64,000 bases of DNA from Gammaproteobacteria bacterium (GCA_963662865.1 OY759969.1:1424565-1488564); one strand, 5' to 3'; positions 48,814-61,520 are shown, numbered from the stretch's first letter. The notes: generated by a model not told the origin, from the sequence alone. Made by a program: numbers and translations.

Positions 48814-49613
48814 CCCTCCTCCTGACGCCCCATAATTTCTTCCTCCATTGCCCAAATCATACCGATAATTTCTTCGCGAACCTGTACAAAATCAGATTGT
48901 GCTTTGATTTTTCTGCTATCTCCCACCACACCCTGCCCGGCGAAGGGCAGCCTGTATTCTTTTTCTATTCTTCCCGGTCTGGGCGCCATTACAAACAACC
49001 GTTCACCCAGTATGAGAGCCTCTTCAACACTGTGTGTAATCAAGATAACTGTCTTACCGGTCTCTTTCCAGAGTTCCAGCAGCAACCCTTGCATCTTTTC
49101 CCGTGTCAGGGCATCCAGCGCCCCCAGAGGCTCATCCATCAAAATCAGGCCGGGGTTATTTGCCAGACAACGAGCCAGCGCTACTCTTTGTTGCATACCT
49201 CCGGACAGCTCATAAACCGGTTTTTTACCAAAACCGGATAAGCCTACAGTTTCCAGCCAGTATTGAGTGTTTTTTCTAATTTCCGCACCAGGCTTTGGTT
49301 TATCTGCCATTCTTGGACCAAAGCTGACATTTTTCTCCACCGACATCCATTCAAACAAAGCCCCCTGTTGAAAAACCATACCGCGCTGAGGGCTGGGTCC
49401 TGAAACCAATTCATCGTCAAAGACCGCTTCACCCTGAGTTGGCTGTAGAAAACCGGCGATAATATTAAGGAGCGTAGTTTTGCCGCAACCAGAAGGCCCC
49501 AGGATGGTTAAAAACTCACCTTTTTCCAGCGTGAAAGAAACATTCAACAGAGCCGAGATTTCCTCTCCTTTAGGCGTCTGATAAACCATCGACAAATCGT
49601 TAACTTCAAGCAT
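48807..49613 (-). CDS. ABC transporter ATP-binding protein, NitT/TauT family (TauB/SsuB-like)
   Basis: Walker A GPSGCGKTT, ABC signature LSGGMQQRVALAR, Walker B ILMDEPLGALD. Confidence 0.85.
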   Translation of the reverse strand: MLEVNDLSMVYQTPKGEEISALLNVSFTLEKGEFLTILGPSGCGKTTLLNIIAGFLQPTQGEAVFDDELVSGPSPQRGMVFQQGALFEWMSVEKNVSFGPRMADKPKPGAEIRKNTQYWLETVGLSGFGKKPVYELSGGMQQRVALARCLANNPGLILMDEPLGALDALTREKMQGLLLELWKETGKTVILITHSVEEALILGERLFVMAPRPGRIEKEYRLPFAGQGVVGDSRKIKAQSDFVQVREEIIGMIWAMEEEIMGRQEEGR

Positions 49614-49699
49614 AGCGGGTTGTCAATCAAGGAAAATTATTGAACAAGTGGATTGAGTCTGCAAACATGGTCCGCCACCCATGTGGCGGACCATGTGGA

Positions 49700-50689
49700 C
49701 TATTTGACTTCAGCTAAAAAACTGGGGTCAATGGTTTTGTTGTATTGTTCCTGACTCAAAGCGCCGGATAATTGCCCCTGTTCAACAAAGAAATCAGCCA
49801 CTTCCTTGGTGAATTCCTGTATCCCTCCCAGCATCCATCTGGCAGAAAGCTGCTCCGACCTGTCAAGAAATGTAAATTTCCCCAAGGTGTCAATTGTGTC
49901 TTCCAGCTTCATACCAGAGGCCTTAGACAATGTTTGGTGAAAACGCTGGGGAGCGCGATTATAGGCAAGGTTTGCGTCTTCGGTAATCTGCATAAACTGC
50001 TTAACCATATCAGGATGTTTTCCTGCAAAATCGCCGGTTACTGAGACAATATCAAACACCTTAAGCCCGATTGCTTCTTGCTCAGCACCAGTCATAACAA
50101 GCGAACCCTCTTTTTTCATGCGATTAAGAGAACCGCCGAAACCGCAAGCCATATCAACATCGCCTCGCAAAAATGCCGCAGAAGCGTCGGCATTACTCAT
50201 ACTAAGGATACGGGTATCGTTCTTATTCACTCCCAGATAATCCAGCATCTTCAGCAACTTGTAGTGAGTCACATTGCCTGTCGGAGTGCCGATCTTCTTG
50301 CCGGCCAGTTTGGTTTTTGCATTTTTTTGGGTAATGCCTAAACTTTTATTGGCGACACAGTTATCGTTCTCAGAATAAGTCATGGCAACGCCAATCAATT
50401 TCAGGTCTGCTCCTTTGCTGACACCGACAACAAAAGGTACAAAGCCCTGCGAGTAGGCAATATCAATATCCCCTGCCAGCATCGCCGCGGTCATCGCATT
50501 GCCATTATCAAATGAGCGCCAATTAACTTTCAGCCCCATGCGTTTGTCATAAGTCTCCTCTAACTGTGCTACTTGATTAGCAGAAGGCCACTCCAGAAAA
50601 TAAGCAACATTCAACTCATCAAGTGCAAAAGACGGTAAACTGACGGCACTAAAAAGCACCGCCGCCACTATTTTGTGTATTACTCCCAT
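49700..50689 (-). CDS. ABC transporter periplasmic substrate-binding protein, NMT1/TauA-like (sulfonate/taurine/nitrate family)
   Basis: Signal peptide and SBP fold. It is first gene of the three-gene transporter operon. Confidence 0.7.
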   Translation of the reverse strand: MGVIHKIVAAVLFSAVSLPSFALDELNVAYFLEWPSANQVAQLEETYDKRMGLKVNWRSFDNGNAMTAAMLAGDIDIAYSQGFVPFVVGVSKGADLKLIGVAMTYSENDNCVANKSLGITQKNAKTKLAGKKIGTPTGNVTHYKLLKMLDYLGVNKNDTRILSMSNADASAAFLRGDVDMACGFGGSLNRMKKEGSLVMTGAEQEAIGLKVFDIVSVTGDFAGKHPDMVKQFMQITEDANLAYNRAPQRFHQTLSKASGMKLEDTIDTLGKFTFLDRSEQLSARWMLGGIQEFTKEVADFFVEQGQLSGALSQEQYNKTIDPSFLAEVK

Positions 50690-51040
50690 GCTCTATCCCC
50701 TTACTTTAAATTTAATTAACGGACTCTCATTATATCAGGCTTGAACAGAAATACAAATGTTGTATGGGTCCACCACAAACTGCACTTTTTGTTGTGGTTA
50801 ATAATGTGCTGCACTGGGCCTTGTAATCCCAGCCCTTAAATATATGGACGAAGGCCGTTGCATTTGACCAGTTTTGGTTAAACAATTTCAGCTGTGAGCA
50901 GCGCGTCCCTGTGAGCGCTCGCGCACGACATTCGTTTTAAGACCCCAGGATAAGTCCACAGGCGGAATAGAAGCACGGATAGAAGCGAACAGGGCGGTCG
51001 GTACTGCCGGGGGTGATACCCCCGACGACCATGCCGAATG

Positions 51041-54000
51041 CTACCAGCGCAGCTTCCACTGTGCGCCGATGCCGTGGTTGGTTTTGCCTTCACCGTCCCG
51101 GCGGCGCAGCGCCTTGACGTCCAGCTCGGTATCCAGGTCACCCGGTGCCGACAGCAGGCGCCAGCCCAGGGTCAGGTCGTACCCGGAATCGGACGACGAC
51201 AGGCCCGCATACGGGATGCCGGTGGCGCCGTCCTTCAGGGCCAGGCCCCACTCGCCCTCCAGGCTCCAGCGACCGGAGGCCGGGCCGGGTTGCGATGAAT
51301 CCTCCTCCAGTGCGTCCGACAGCGAATCCGACAACAGCCGATCCAGGCCGCCCGAGGCCGGAGCGGTGCCGTATTCCTGACGTAGACTCAGCGACGGCCC
51401 ATGAGCGGAACCCGGCTGCCGGTCGTAGCGCAGCGAACCGGACACGCCCCATTCACGCCGCTCGTCGGCCTCATGATCCAGCAGGCGCCGGCCACGCAGG
51501 TCAATGGTCAAGCCCTTGGAGGGCAACTGCCAACTGATACCGCCGCCCAGTTCCACGCCCAGGCCGTCGCTGGTATCGCCGCCGTCATAGCGCATCCCCA
51601 ACTCCAGTTCCGGAATCAGTCGGCCACCGTCCGCCTGCGGCAACTGCCAGGACCACTCCAGACCCATTCGGAAACGCTCCGTGTCCGCCGACATACCCGA
51701 TACACCGTCGGCATCGTCCGACTCAATACGCGCCAATGCCGCATCCGAGATCAGCGTCAGCGTCAGGCCGCCCTCTTCCATCGGGCGCTCCAGCAGTATC
51801 CCGCGCACACCGGCCGAGGCCGATCTCTGCTCGATGTCATGCTCCGTACTCATCGTGGCCGAAGTCTGCTCCAGGGTCTGCTCCAGCTCGCCACGGCCAT
51901 AACTCGCCGCCGCCCACACCTGTAATCGCTGCGTTACGTTATGCCGGATATACGGCAGCAGCGAGGTCAGTGTGCTCGACAACTCGCCCTGTGCCGAAGT
52001 GCCGCTCCAATCGCCATCGCCGTCGCTGTACGACAGCGCCAGACCCAGCAGCGTGCGGCCATTGTCACGATCCACGCCCAGCATGCCGGTGGTCACATCG
52101 CCATCCACCGTGATGCCGTCCTGGCCATCCTCGTAGCGCGAGTACGACGCCTGACCCCACACCGAAACTCCGTTCTCCCCGCCGCGGTGCACAAAGCGGC
52201 TGCCGCGCAGCATATCGCGCAGCGACAGTGTCCTGGACAGATTCAATAGCCGGTCAACCGAACCGGCGCCCAGGCCATCACCGCCGCCTCCGCCCTGGCC
52301 GAAGCCGTCCGTGCCCAAACCATATCCCGTGCCGGTTGCATTACCGCCCCCATGCAGCGCTCGACCAGCGGACAGGCCGCTCACATTGCCCGACAGCCCA
52401 GGTTGATCGGCCACCGAAAAGCGGTAATCCAGGCCGCCCAGCAGATGCTCTATCGCCGTCAGGCCGAAGCGCGGCAACCAGGCTTCCTGTGCCGCCTGCA
52501 TCGCCCCCGTACCGACCGCCACGTCGTCGGTGACCGTGACTGCCACTGTGGCTATGGCCAGACCATCCGGGTAACCCGCACCGTCGCCGTCGCCGCTGTC
52601 TATACTATGGCTGATGATCGCCGTGCGGTTACCGTTACCGCCAACGTTGTCGTTGACGCCCGTCACCGTCACCGTCTGCGCCGTACTCCAGTTGCCCGCC
52701 GTGAACGTCAGGCTCAGCGGCGCCACGGTCGCCGCACTGGTCATGTTCGATTCCACCGTAATCTCCACATCGCCGGCTGGTCGTGTGTTCAGCACCAGGG
52801 TGTAGATGTCTGTACCGTCAGGCTCAGCGACCGTTACCCTGGCATCGCTGACGATCACGCCCGGGTCGTTGTCGGCGATCGTCAGTGTGTGCACACGATC
52901 GGTGCCCACCGTGTAACCCGAACCTGCGGCCAGGGTCAGTATGACCGTCTCGCTGCCCTCTTGTGTGCTGTCATCGGTGATGGCCACGGGAATATTAACG
53001 CTGGACGCGCTCGCAGACGCCACGACCGTGCCGGTCAGCTCGGTGTAGTCGGTATCGGGTGTCGCTGTGCCGGCCACGGTGTAGGTGATCGTGGTGTTCG
53101 CGGCTGGCACCGGACTTAGATTGACCACTACGTTGTACGTGCCCGAGCCTTCGTTGGTAGTAAAACCGGGCACGGCGAACGAGGCGACCGGCACGTCGTC
53201 GTCGGTGACCGTGACTGCCACCGTGTCTATGGCCAGACCATCCGGGTAACCCGCACCGTCGCCGTCGCCGCTTTCTATACTATGGCTGATGGTCGCCGTG
53301 CGGTCACCGACAACGCTGTCGTTGACGCCCGTCACCGTCACGGTTTGCGCCGTATTCCAGTTGCCCGCCGCGAACGTCAGGCTGGCTGCGCTCACGGTCG
53401 CCGCACTGGTCGTGCCGGATTCCACCGTAATCACCACGTTACCAGCCGGCTGTGTGTTCAGCACCAGGGTGTAGGTGCCCATCGCATTCTCTGCAACCGT
53501 TAAGCTGGCCTCGCTGACGGTCACGCCCGCGGAGGCGGCGACAATGTCGAAGGCATCCAGGTTATCCGTGCCGTCCGCGCCGCCGCCCAGGCCGGTGCCG
53601 GAGTCACCGTCCAGGGTGCCCAGGTCGATGTCCACTGTGCCAGCGTTGACTGCGCTCAGGGTCAGCGTGGCGGTGGTGGCCGTCATGCCCGAAGACGGGC
53701 CGGTGAAGGTCACCATGGCGCTGGCACTGTTCAGGCCGCTGTAGGCGACGCCGGTCGCCGTGGCGCCGGTCACGGTGTAATCCGTGCCCGGTGTCGCGCT
53801 ACCGCCAAAGGTCAGCGGCACCGGCAGTATCTCACCGTCTTCCAGACCGCGCCCCAGGGTCACGGTGATTGCCCTGGTGTCGCCTTCTGTGATGTCGCCT
53901 GACGCGCCCGCCAGGGTCACGGTGGTGGCGTCGTTGTCGGTGATCGTCAGTGTGTGAACATCGGGGGAACCTGACCCGTAAACGCCAGGGCGTACTCCCA

Positions 54001-57000
54001 GAGTCAGCCCGATTGTCTCGCTGGTCTCGTCTGCGCTGTCATTGGTGATGGCCACGGGGATATTGGCGCTGGTCATGTTTGCGGCCACCACGACCATGCC
54101 GGTCAGCGCGGTGTAGTCGTCGCCGGGGGTTGCCAAATTGGCGCTGCCCGTCGCCACGGTGTACATGATCGTCGTGGCCGCGGTCGGCGCCGGGCTCAGA
54201 TTGACCACCACGTTGTGTGTGCCCGAACCCTCGTTTGCCATGGACGTGCCAGCCGCGAAGCTCGCTACCGGCAAGTCATTGTCGGTAATGGTCAGTGTGT
54301 GCACACGACCGGTGCCCACCGTGTAACCCGTGCCGGTGCCCAGAATCAGTATCACCGTCTCGCTGCCCTCTTGTGTGCTGTCATCGGTGATGATCACGGG
54401 AATCTCGACGCTGGACGCACTCGCAGACGCCATGACCGTGCCGGTCAGCGCGGTGTAGTCGGTGTTCATCGACGCCGTGCTGGTGCCGGCCACCGTGTAG
54501 GTGATCGTGGTGGCCACGGCTGGCGCCGGACTCAGATCGACCACTACGTTGTAGGTACCCGATCCTTCGTTGGTGGTGAAGCTGGCCGCGGCGAACGAGG
54601 CGACCGGTTCGTCGTCGTCGGTGACCGTGACTGCCACCGTGGCTATGGCCAGACCATCCGGGTAACCCGCACCGTCGCCGTCGCCGCTTGCTATACTATG
54701 GCTGATGGTCGCCGTGCGGTTACCGCCAACGTTGTCGTTGACGCCCGTCACCGTCACGGTTTGCACCCTGTTCCAGTTGCCCGCCGCGAACGTCAGGCTG
54801 GCTGGGCTCACGGTCGCCGCACTGGTCGTGTCGGAGGCCACCGTAATCTCCACATCGCCGGCTGGTTGTGTGTTCAGCACCACGGTGTACATGTCTTCAC
54901 CGGCAGGCTCAGCGACCGTTATCCTGGCCTCGCTGACGGTGACGCCCGCCGTGTCGTTGTCGGCGATCGTCAGTGTGTGCACACGATCGGTGCCCAGCGT
55001 GTAACCCGAACCTGCGGTCAGGTTCAGTATGACCGTCTCGCTGGTCTCGGTCATGCTGTCGTCGGTGATGGCCACGGGAATATTAACGCTGGATGCGTCC
55101 ACGGACGCCACGACTGTGCCGGTCAGCGTGGTGTAGTCGGTGCCGGGTGTCGCTGTGCCGCCCACCGTGTAGGTGATCGTGGTGGCCACGGCTGGCGCCG
55201 GAGTCAGATTGACCGCTACGTTGTAGGTGCCCGAGCCTTCGCCGGTGGTGAAGCTGGTCATGGCGAACGAGGCGACCGGCAGGTCATCGTCGTCGATCGT
55301 CACTACTACTGCACCCGTTATCCCGCTATAGGCTGTTGTGCCCGAGGCCGTGTGCGTCAGCGTCACGGTGTCGTCCGCTGCGTCGGCGTCCTCAGCCGCC
55401 GACACCATCACCGTCTGTACCGTGTCCCAGTCGGTCATTGTGAACGTCAGACTGGTTGCGTCCGGCGTCAGGTCGGTGCTGGAGTGACCGGTGACTGTCA
55501 CCGTGACAGCCCCCGTCGGGGCGGTGGCCAGGGATACCGGGTAACCGACACTGTCACCTTCAGTGACCGTCAGGGTCGGCGGCAGCACGATGGCCGGTAC
55601 CTGCGGTCCCATGATTGTAAATATGTCCAGGTTGTCCGTACCACTCGCGCCGCCGCCCAGGCCGGTGCCGGAGTTGCTGTTCAGGGTGCCCAGGCTGATG
55701 TCCACTGTCTCGCCGTCGGCCGGTCTCGTCTCTGTTGTTTGTGCGCTCAGGGTCAGGGTGGCGGTAGTGGCCGTTGTACCCGAAGACGGGCCGGTGAAGG
55801 TCACCGAACCTCTGTTTCTTTGGTCCGGGCTGCTGAAGGTAACGCCGGTCGCGTCTGCGATGGACAGACTGTAGTCCACTAATAAATTATTCGATACCCC
55901 TAGCCTTGGCCTTTCGGGTCTCGCCATGCCGCCAAAGGTCAGTTGCACCGTCAGGCTCTCGCCGGCTACCAGGCCACGGCTCAGGGTGACGGTGATTTCT
56001 TTGGTGCCGCCTTCTGTGATGTCGCCTGACGCGCCCGCCAGGGTCACTGTGGTCGGCTCGTCGTCGATCACCGTCGCCGTGACGGAGTCCGGGGTGAGGC
56101 GGTTGTAGCGGGCGTCCGTGGAGGTGGCGGCGTGGGTAATGGTGACTTCCTGGTTGGCGGCGTCGGCGTTGTTATCTTCCCCGGCGACGGTGATGGTCTG
56201 GACCGTGTTCCAGTTGGCGCTGGTGAAGGTCAGGGCGGACGGGCTGACCGTGGCGGTGGCCAACGTACCCGAGGTGGGCGTGATGGTCACTGCTGCGCTG
56301 GGTTGGGTGGCCAGCACTACGGTGTACGTGCCCTCATCGCCCTCTGTAATCGTTATCGCCGTCTCGCTGATGGTGATGGCCGCTATGTCGGGGTCGGTGA
56401 TGCTGACCCTGATAACCGCCGTCAATGCGTCGTAGTTGCCGCCGGTGGCCGTGTGCATCAGCGTCACCTCATCGGTGTCGGCGTCGTCGTCTTCACCCGC
56501 CGTGACCGTGACCATTTGCGCCGTGTCCCAGTTGCTCATCGTGAATTCCAGGCTGGCGGTATCCAGCATCAGGTCGGTGCCGGAGTCTCCCGTGACCGCT
56601 ATCGTGGTACTCATCGTCGGGGCGGTTGCCAGTACCACCGAGTAGCTGGCGCTGTCACCTTCTTCGACCGTCAGGGTCGACGGCCGCAGCGCGATGGTCG
56701 GCTGCTCCATGATGGTGAAGTCCGTCAGGCTGTCTGTGCCGTCCGCGCCGCCTTCCAGGTTGGTGCCGGAGTCTGCGTCCAGGGTGCCCAGATCGATGTC
56801 GATGGTCTCGCTGGCGTCGGACGTGGTGTCGATCTGCACGGTCAGGGTCAGGGTGGCGGTGGCCGGGGCCGGGCCGGTAAATGTCACCGTGCCCATGTTG
56901 CCGGTGTCCGGGATATTGTAGGCGATATTGTTCGCCGCGGTGCCGGTCAGGGTGTAGTCCGTGCCCCGTGTCGCGGTGCCGCCCAGGGTCAGCGGTACCG

Positions 57001-60000
57001 GCAGCACCTCGCCGCTGACCAGCTCGCGGCCCAGGGTGACGGTGATGTCTGCGCTGGCGCCCTCGTTGATGTTACCCGCCGTGCCCCCCAGGGTCACGGT
57101 GGTCGGATCGTCGTCAATGACCGTAAAGATCACGGTGCTGGGATCGCCCGGGGTGACACCGGAACCGGCGTTGATGCCGGTGGTTACTGTCCGCCCCGGC
57201 GGGTCGTCCATGTTGTTTTCGTCGGGACGGTCGAAAACTACCCGAATTGTTTGCATCGGGGTTTCGCCAGTGAGAAAGGTATTAACTGTCTCGACGAACA
57301 AGTCATCAAATAGAATAGGGGACCCGTAACTCACTAAACCGTCAATGGGGATGTCGGAGGTCACGACGATGGTGCGCTGGTCGCCATTCTCGACGAGGGT
57401 CGTGTGTCCGTCCCGCACCGATACCGTCACCACCGGCACGTCGTCGTCGGTGACGGTGGCTTCCACGTCGTCGATGTCGAGGCTGGAACCGTAATCGGTG
57501 TCTGTGGACGCCGCTGCGTGGCTGATGGTCGCTATGCGTCGGTTCATGGCGTCATCCCGGTTGTTGTCGATGCCCGTCACCGTGAAGGTCTGGGCCGCAT
57601 TCCAGTTGGCCGTGGTGAAGGTCAGGGTCGTCGGGGTCACGGTGGCCGCACTTGTTGTGTTGGAGGTCGCCGTAATCGTCACGCTGCCGGTCGGCTGCGT
57701 GCTCAACCTTATGCCGTAGTTGTCCGTGCCGCCGGCTTCGGCCACTGTGGTGCCACCCTGCGTCTCGGTGACGGTGACGCCCGGGGTGACAATGTCGAAG
57801 TCCGCCAGGTTGTCCGTGCCGTCCGCGCCGCCTTCCAGGCCGGTGCCGGAGTCGGCGTCCAGGGTGCCCAGGTCGATGTCCACTGTGACGCCGGCGTTGA
57901 CTGCGCTCAGGGTCAGGGTGGCGGTGGTGGCCGTGGTGCCCGAGGCCGGGCCGGTGAAGGTCACCGTGCCGACGGCGCCGCCCAGGCCGGTGTAGGTGAT
58001 ACCGGTCGCCGCGGCGCCGGTCACGGTGTAGTCGGTGCCCGGCGTCGCGCTACCGCCAAAGGTCAGCGGCACCGGCAGTATCTCGCCGTTCACCAGACCG
58101 CGGCCCAGGGTGACCGTGATCTGCTTGTCGTCTCCTGCGAGAATATCACTCTCTGCGCCCGCCAGGGTCACGGTGGTCGGATCGTCGTCGATCACGGTCG
58201 CTGTGACGGAGGCCGGGGTGAGGTTGTAGTCGGTGTCTGTGGAGGTGGCGGCGTGGCTAATGGTGACTGCCTGATTGACGGCGTCGTCGTCGTTATCCAC
58301 TCCGGTGACGGTGATGCTCTGCGCCATGTTCCAGTTGGTGCTGGTGAATACCAGGCTGCCGGGGTTGACCGTGGCGGTGGTCGGTGTGCCTGAGGTGGCT
58401 GTGATGGTCACGTCTGCGGTCGGTTGTGTGTCCAGCGTCATGCCGTAGTTGTCCGTGGTGCCGCCTTCGATGGGCCTGGTGTTGCCGCCCGTCTGGGTGA
58501 TGGTTACGCTCGCTGGAGGAGGGTCGTTGACCCGCAGGTCGAAGCTGTTGGCGCTGCCGCTCGGGTCGGCACCGCCGCCGACATTGGTGTTCAGGGTTGA
58601 GCGGTCAAAGCCGTTGGTGGTGGCGTCGTTCGGGCCGAGGGCGATGGCGTAGGTCTCGAAACCGTCGCCCTCGGCGGTGTCGTCGTCTGCCGGTGTCAGT
58701 GCCAGGACGGCGTTCTGGGCGCCTGCACCCGAAAAGGTCACTTGCGGGGTGGGCGTGGTCGCGGCCGACAGGGTCACTCCGGTATTGAGGCCGCCAGCGG
58801 TCCCGGCTGCCAGGCCCCAGTCGGCCGGGGTCACCCCCGTACCACCGATGGACAGCGGCACGTCAATGGTTTCGCTATCAGTCAGTGGTCGAGACAGGGA
58901 GACGAGAATGGATATTTCACCGCCTTCAGTAATGGTGGTGCCACCAATACGGCCGAGGGAGACGACCGTGGGGTCGTCGTCGATCACGGTCGCTGTGACG
59001 GGGTCCGGGGTGAGGCTGTTGTAGCGGGTGTCCGTGGAGGTGGCGGCGTGGGTAATGGTGACTGCCTGGTTGGCGGCGTCGGCGTTGTTATCCACCCCGG
59101 TGACGGTGATGCTCTGGGCCATGTTCCAGTTGGCGCTGGTGAAGGTCAGGCTGCCGCTGACCGTGGCGGTGCCCGGTGTGCCTGAGGTGGCTGTGATGGT
59201 CACGTCTGCGGTGGGTTGTGTGTCCAGCGTCATGCCGTAGTTGTCCGTGGTGCCGCCTTCGATGGGCGCGGTGGTGCCGCCCGTCTGGGTGATGATTACG
59301 TCCACCGGGTCGTTGACCCGCACGTCGAGGCTGTTGGCGCTGCTGTCCGGGTCGGCACCGCCGCCGACATTGGTGTTCAGGGTTGAGCGGTCAAAGCCGT
59401 TGGCACCGCCGCCGTCCGGGCCGAGGGCGATGGTGTAGGTCTCGAAACCGTCGCCCTCGGCGGTGTCGTCTTCTGCCGATGTCAGTATCAGGATGGCGCC
59501 CTGGACGTCCAACCCCGAAAGGCTCACCTGCGGGGTGGGCGTGGTCGCGGCCGACAGGGTCACTCCAGTATTGGGGGTAACAGTCGAGAATCCCAGGCTC
59601 CAGTCGGCCGTGGTCACCCCCGTACCGCCGATGGACAGCGGCACGTCAATGGTTTCGCCAGCAGCCAGTCGTCGAGACAGGGTGACGACAATGGTTATTT
59701 CGCCGCCTTCGCTAATGGTGCTGGCGACACTAAAACGGGTGAGGGAAACGACCGTGGGGTCGTCGTCGATCACGGTCGCTGTGAAGGGGGCCGGGGTGAG
59801 GCCGTTGTAGCGGGTGTCTGAGGAGAGGGCGAGGTGGGCAATGGTGACTTCCCGGTTGGCGGCGTCGTCGTCGTTATTGACTCCGGTGACGGTGATGGTC
59901 TGCGCCATGTTCCAGTTGGTGCTGGTGAATACCAGGCTGCCGGGGTTGACCGTGGCCCCTGTGCTTGAGATGGCTGTGATGGTCACGTCTGCGGTCGGTT

Positions 60001-61029
60001 GTGTGTCCAGCGTCATGCCGTAGCTGTCCGTGGTGCCACCTTCGATGGGCGTGGTGCCGCCGTCCGTCTCGGTGATGGTTACGCCCGGTGGGGGTGGGTC
60101 GTTGACCCGCACGTCGAAGCTGTTGGTGGTGCTGCTCGGGTCGGCACCGCCGCCGACATTGGTGCCCAGGGTTGAGCGGTCAAAGCCGTTGGCACCGTCG
60201 CCGTCCGGGCCGAGGGCGATGGTGTAGGTCTCGAAACCGTCGCCCTCGGCGGTGTCGTCGTTTGCCGGGGTCAGTGTCAGGATGGCGGTCTGGGCGCCCA
60301 ACCCCGAAAAGCTCACCTGCGGGATGGCCGTGGTCTGACCCGACAGGGTCACTCCGGTATTGAGGCCGTCGCCAATCGCGGGCTCCAGGCGCCAGTCGGC
60401 CGTGGTCACCCCCGTACCGCCGACGGACAGCGGCACGTCAATGGTTTCGCTAGCAGTCAGTGGTCGAGACAGGTTGACGAGAAAGGCCACCAAGTCGCCT
60501 TCGCTAATGGCGCCGGTGCCACCAAAACGGGTGAGGGTAACGACCGTGGGCTCGTCGTCGATCACCGTCGCCGTGACGGGGGCCGGGGTGAGGTTGTAGT
60601 TGGTGTCTGAAGAGGTAGCGGCGTGGGTAATGGTGACTGCCTGGTTGGCGGCGTCGGCGGCATTATTCACCCCGGTGACGGTAATGCTCTGCGCCATGTT
60701 CCAGTTGGCGTTGGTGAATATCAGGCTGGTGGGGTTGACCGTGGCGGTGCCCGGTGTGCCTGAGGTGGCTGTGATGGTCACATCTGAGGTCGGTTGTGTG
60801 TCCAGCACCATGCCGTAGCGGTCCGTGGTACCGCCTTCGATGGGCCTGGTGTTGCCGCCCGTCTCGGTGATGGTTACGCCTGCCTGCGCGGCGGCTTCGG
60901 TTGTCAAACCCACCGACAACGGCAAACCAAGCAACACGGCAATCAGCCCGCGGGCCAGGAGGCTATTGCGGGCAGAGGTGAATCGACGGGCTGCCGAACG
61001 CCGCCCTGTATTGAGGGTGAGGCTCATCA
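51041..61029 (-). CDS. Giant autotransporter-type adhesin (~3330 aa from the MMSLTL start): signal peptide, at least four tandem ~263-aa repeat units containing Calx-beta-like domains, further Calx-beta/Ig-like repeats, C-terminal outer-membrane beta-barrel
   Basis: N-terminus MMSLTLNTGRRSAARRF...LPLSVGLTTEAAAQA is a signal peptide. Repeating blocks are ITETGGNTRPIEGGTTD.YGMTLDTQPTADVTITATSG...VTGV.N..DAANQ.VTI.HAATS.DT.YN, followed by Calx-beta-like TVV.LTR.GG...ISEG..I...V.LSR.L...E.IDVPLS.GGTGVT. The final ~700 aa are Gly/Ser-rich alternating beta-strands ending ...GAQWKLRW-stop with an aromatic terminal residue, as in autotransporter barrels. The gene is much more GC-rich than flanking DNA. 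The ORF-track start at 61180 would read through the poly-C tract (PPPPPPPPP) and is probably an artefact. Confidence 0.8.
57700..61020 (-). repeat. Four or more tandem near-identical ~790-bp coding repeat units in the 5' part of the autotransporter gene
   Basis: The ORF track shows near-identical antisense peptides recurring at 58449, 59241, 60030 and 60825 (MSVVPPSMG.V.PPVWVM.T...). A second series recurs at 57498, 59028, 59814 and 60600. The spacing is 786-795 bp. Confidence 0.75.
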
Positions 61030-61052
61030 TAAACCCCTTAATTTTGTAGAGA

Positions 61053-61080
61053 AGGGGGGGGGGGGGGGGGGGGGGGGGGG
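61053..61080. repeat. 28-nt homopolymeric G (plus) / C (coding strand) tract 23 nt upstream of the autotransporter start codon
   Basis: Direct count in the sequence: G x28 at 61053-61080. On the coding strand this is C28-TTCTCTACAAAATTAAGGGGTTT-ATGATG, with AAGGGG as the likely SD. Confidence 0.9.
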
Positions 61081-61520
61081 TATTAAATTGTGTATGTCGC
61101 CTGTAGCGCGTTTCAGGGGCATTGTGACCACGTTTATCTCCTGTGTCTTGACGGTGTGCAACCGGCCTTGTGGGCCGCATTTATTTCCAATCTGTTTCAA
61201 CTTGCTCTACTCCGGGTTCTGTATACCGATGTTGTCTCTGTTCAGGCCCGGCCTGCGGGCCGGTTCCGAATTCAGGCCCGGATTTATGCCGGCAATTTGA
61301 GCTACTTTAGACCCATTCTTGACGAATTACAACCCCTTTTTTCTGATTTGGTTGCTGACTGAGATAAAATCAGCGGTCTGCACCGCAGCGGCAAATCCGG
61401 CGACATATTAATGGGACCGGTGGAGCGAATATATCTGGCCTGACAAAATCGGCGATGCCACGAATAGTTTTTCATTGTATTAACCGTCGCTTGTCTCTGG
61501 CTGGCCGATGCCTCTTTGTT

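Noticed and set aside
51038-61180. Dozens of plus-strand ORFs (60-555 aa) throughout the 51-61 kb region, and the ORF-track N-terminal extension of the giant gene to 61180
   Set aside because: The ORFs are antisense to the 10-kb autotransporter gene. High GC removes stop codons, and the products are Arg/Gly/Pro-rich and repetitive. The 61180 start would translate the poly-C tract as poly-Pro before the obvious signal peptide. The ATGATG at 61024-61029 with AAGGGG upstream is the better start.
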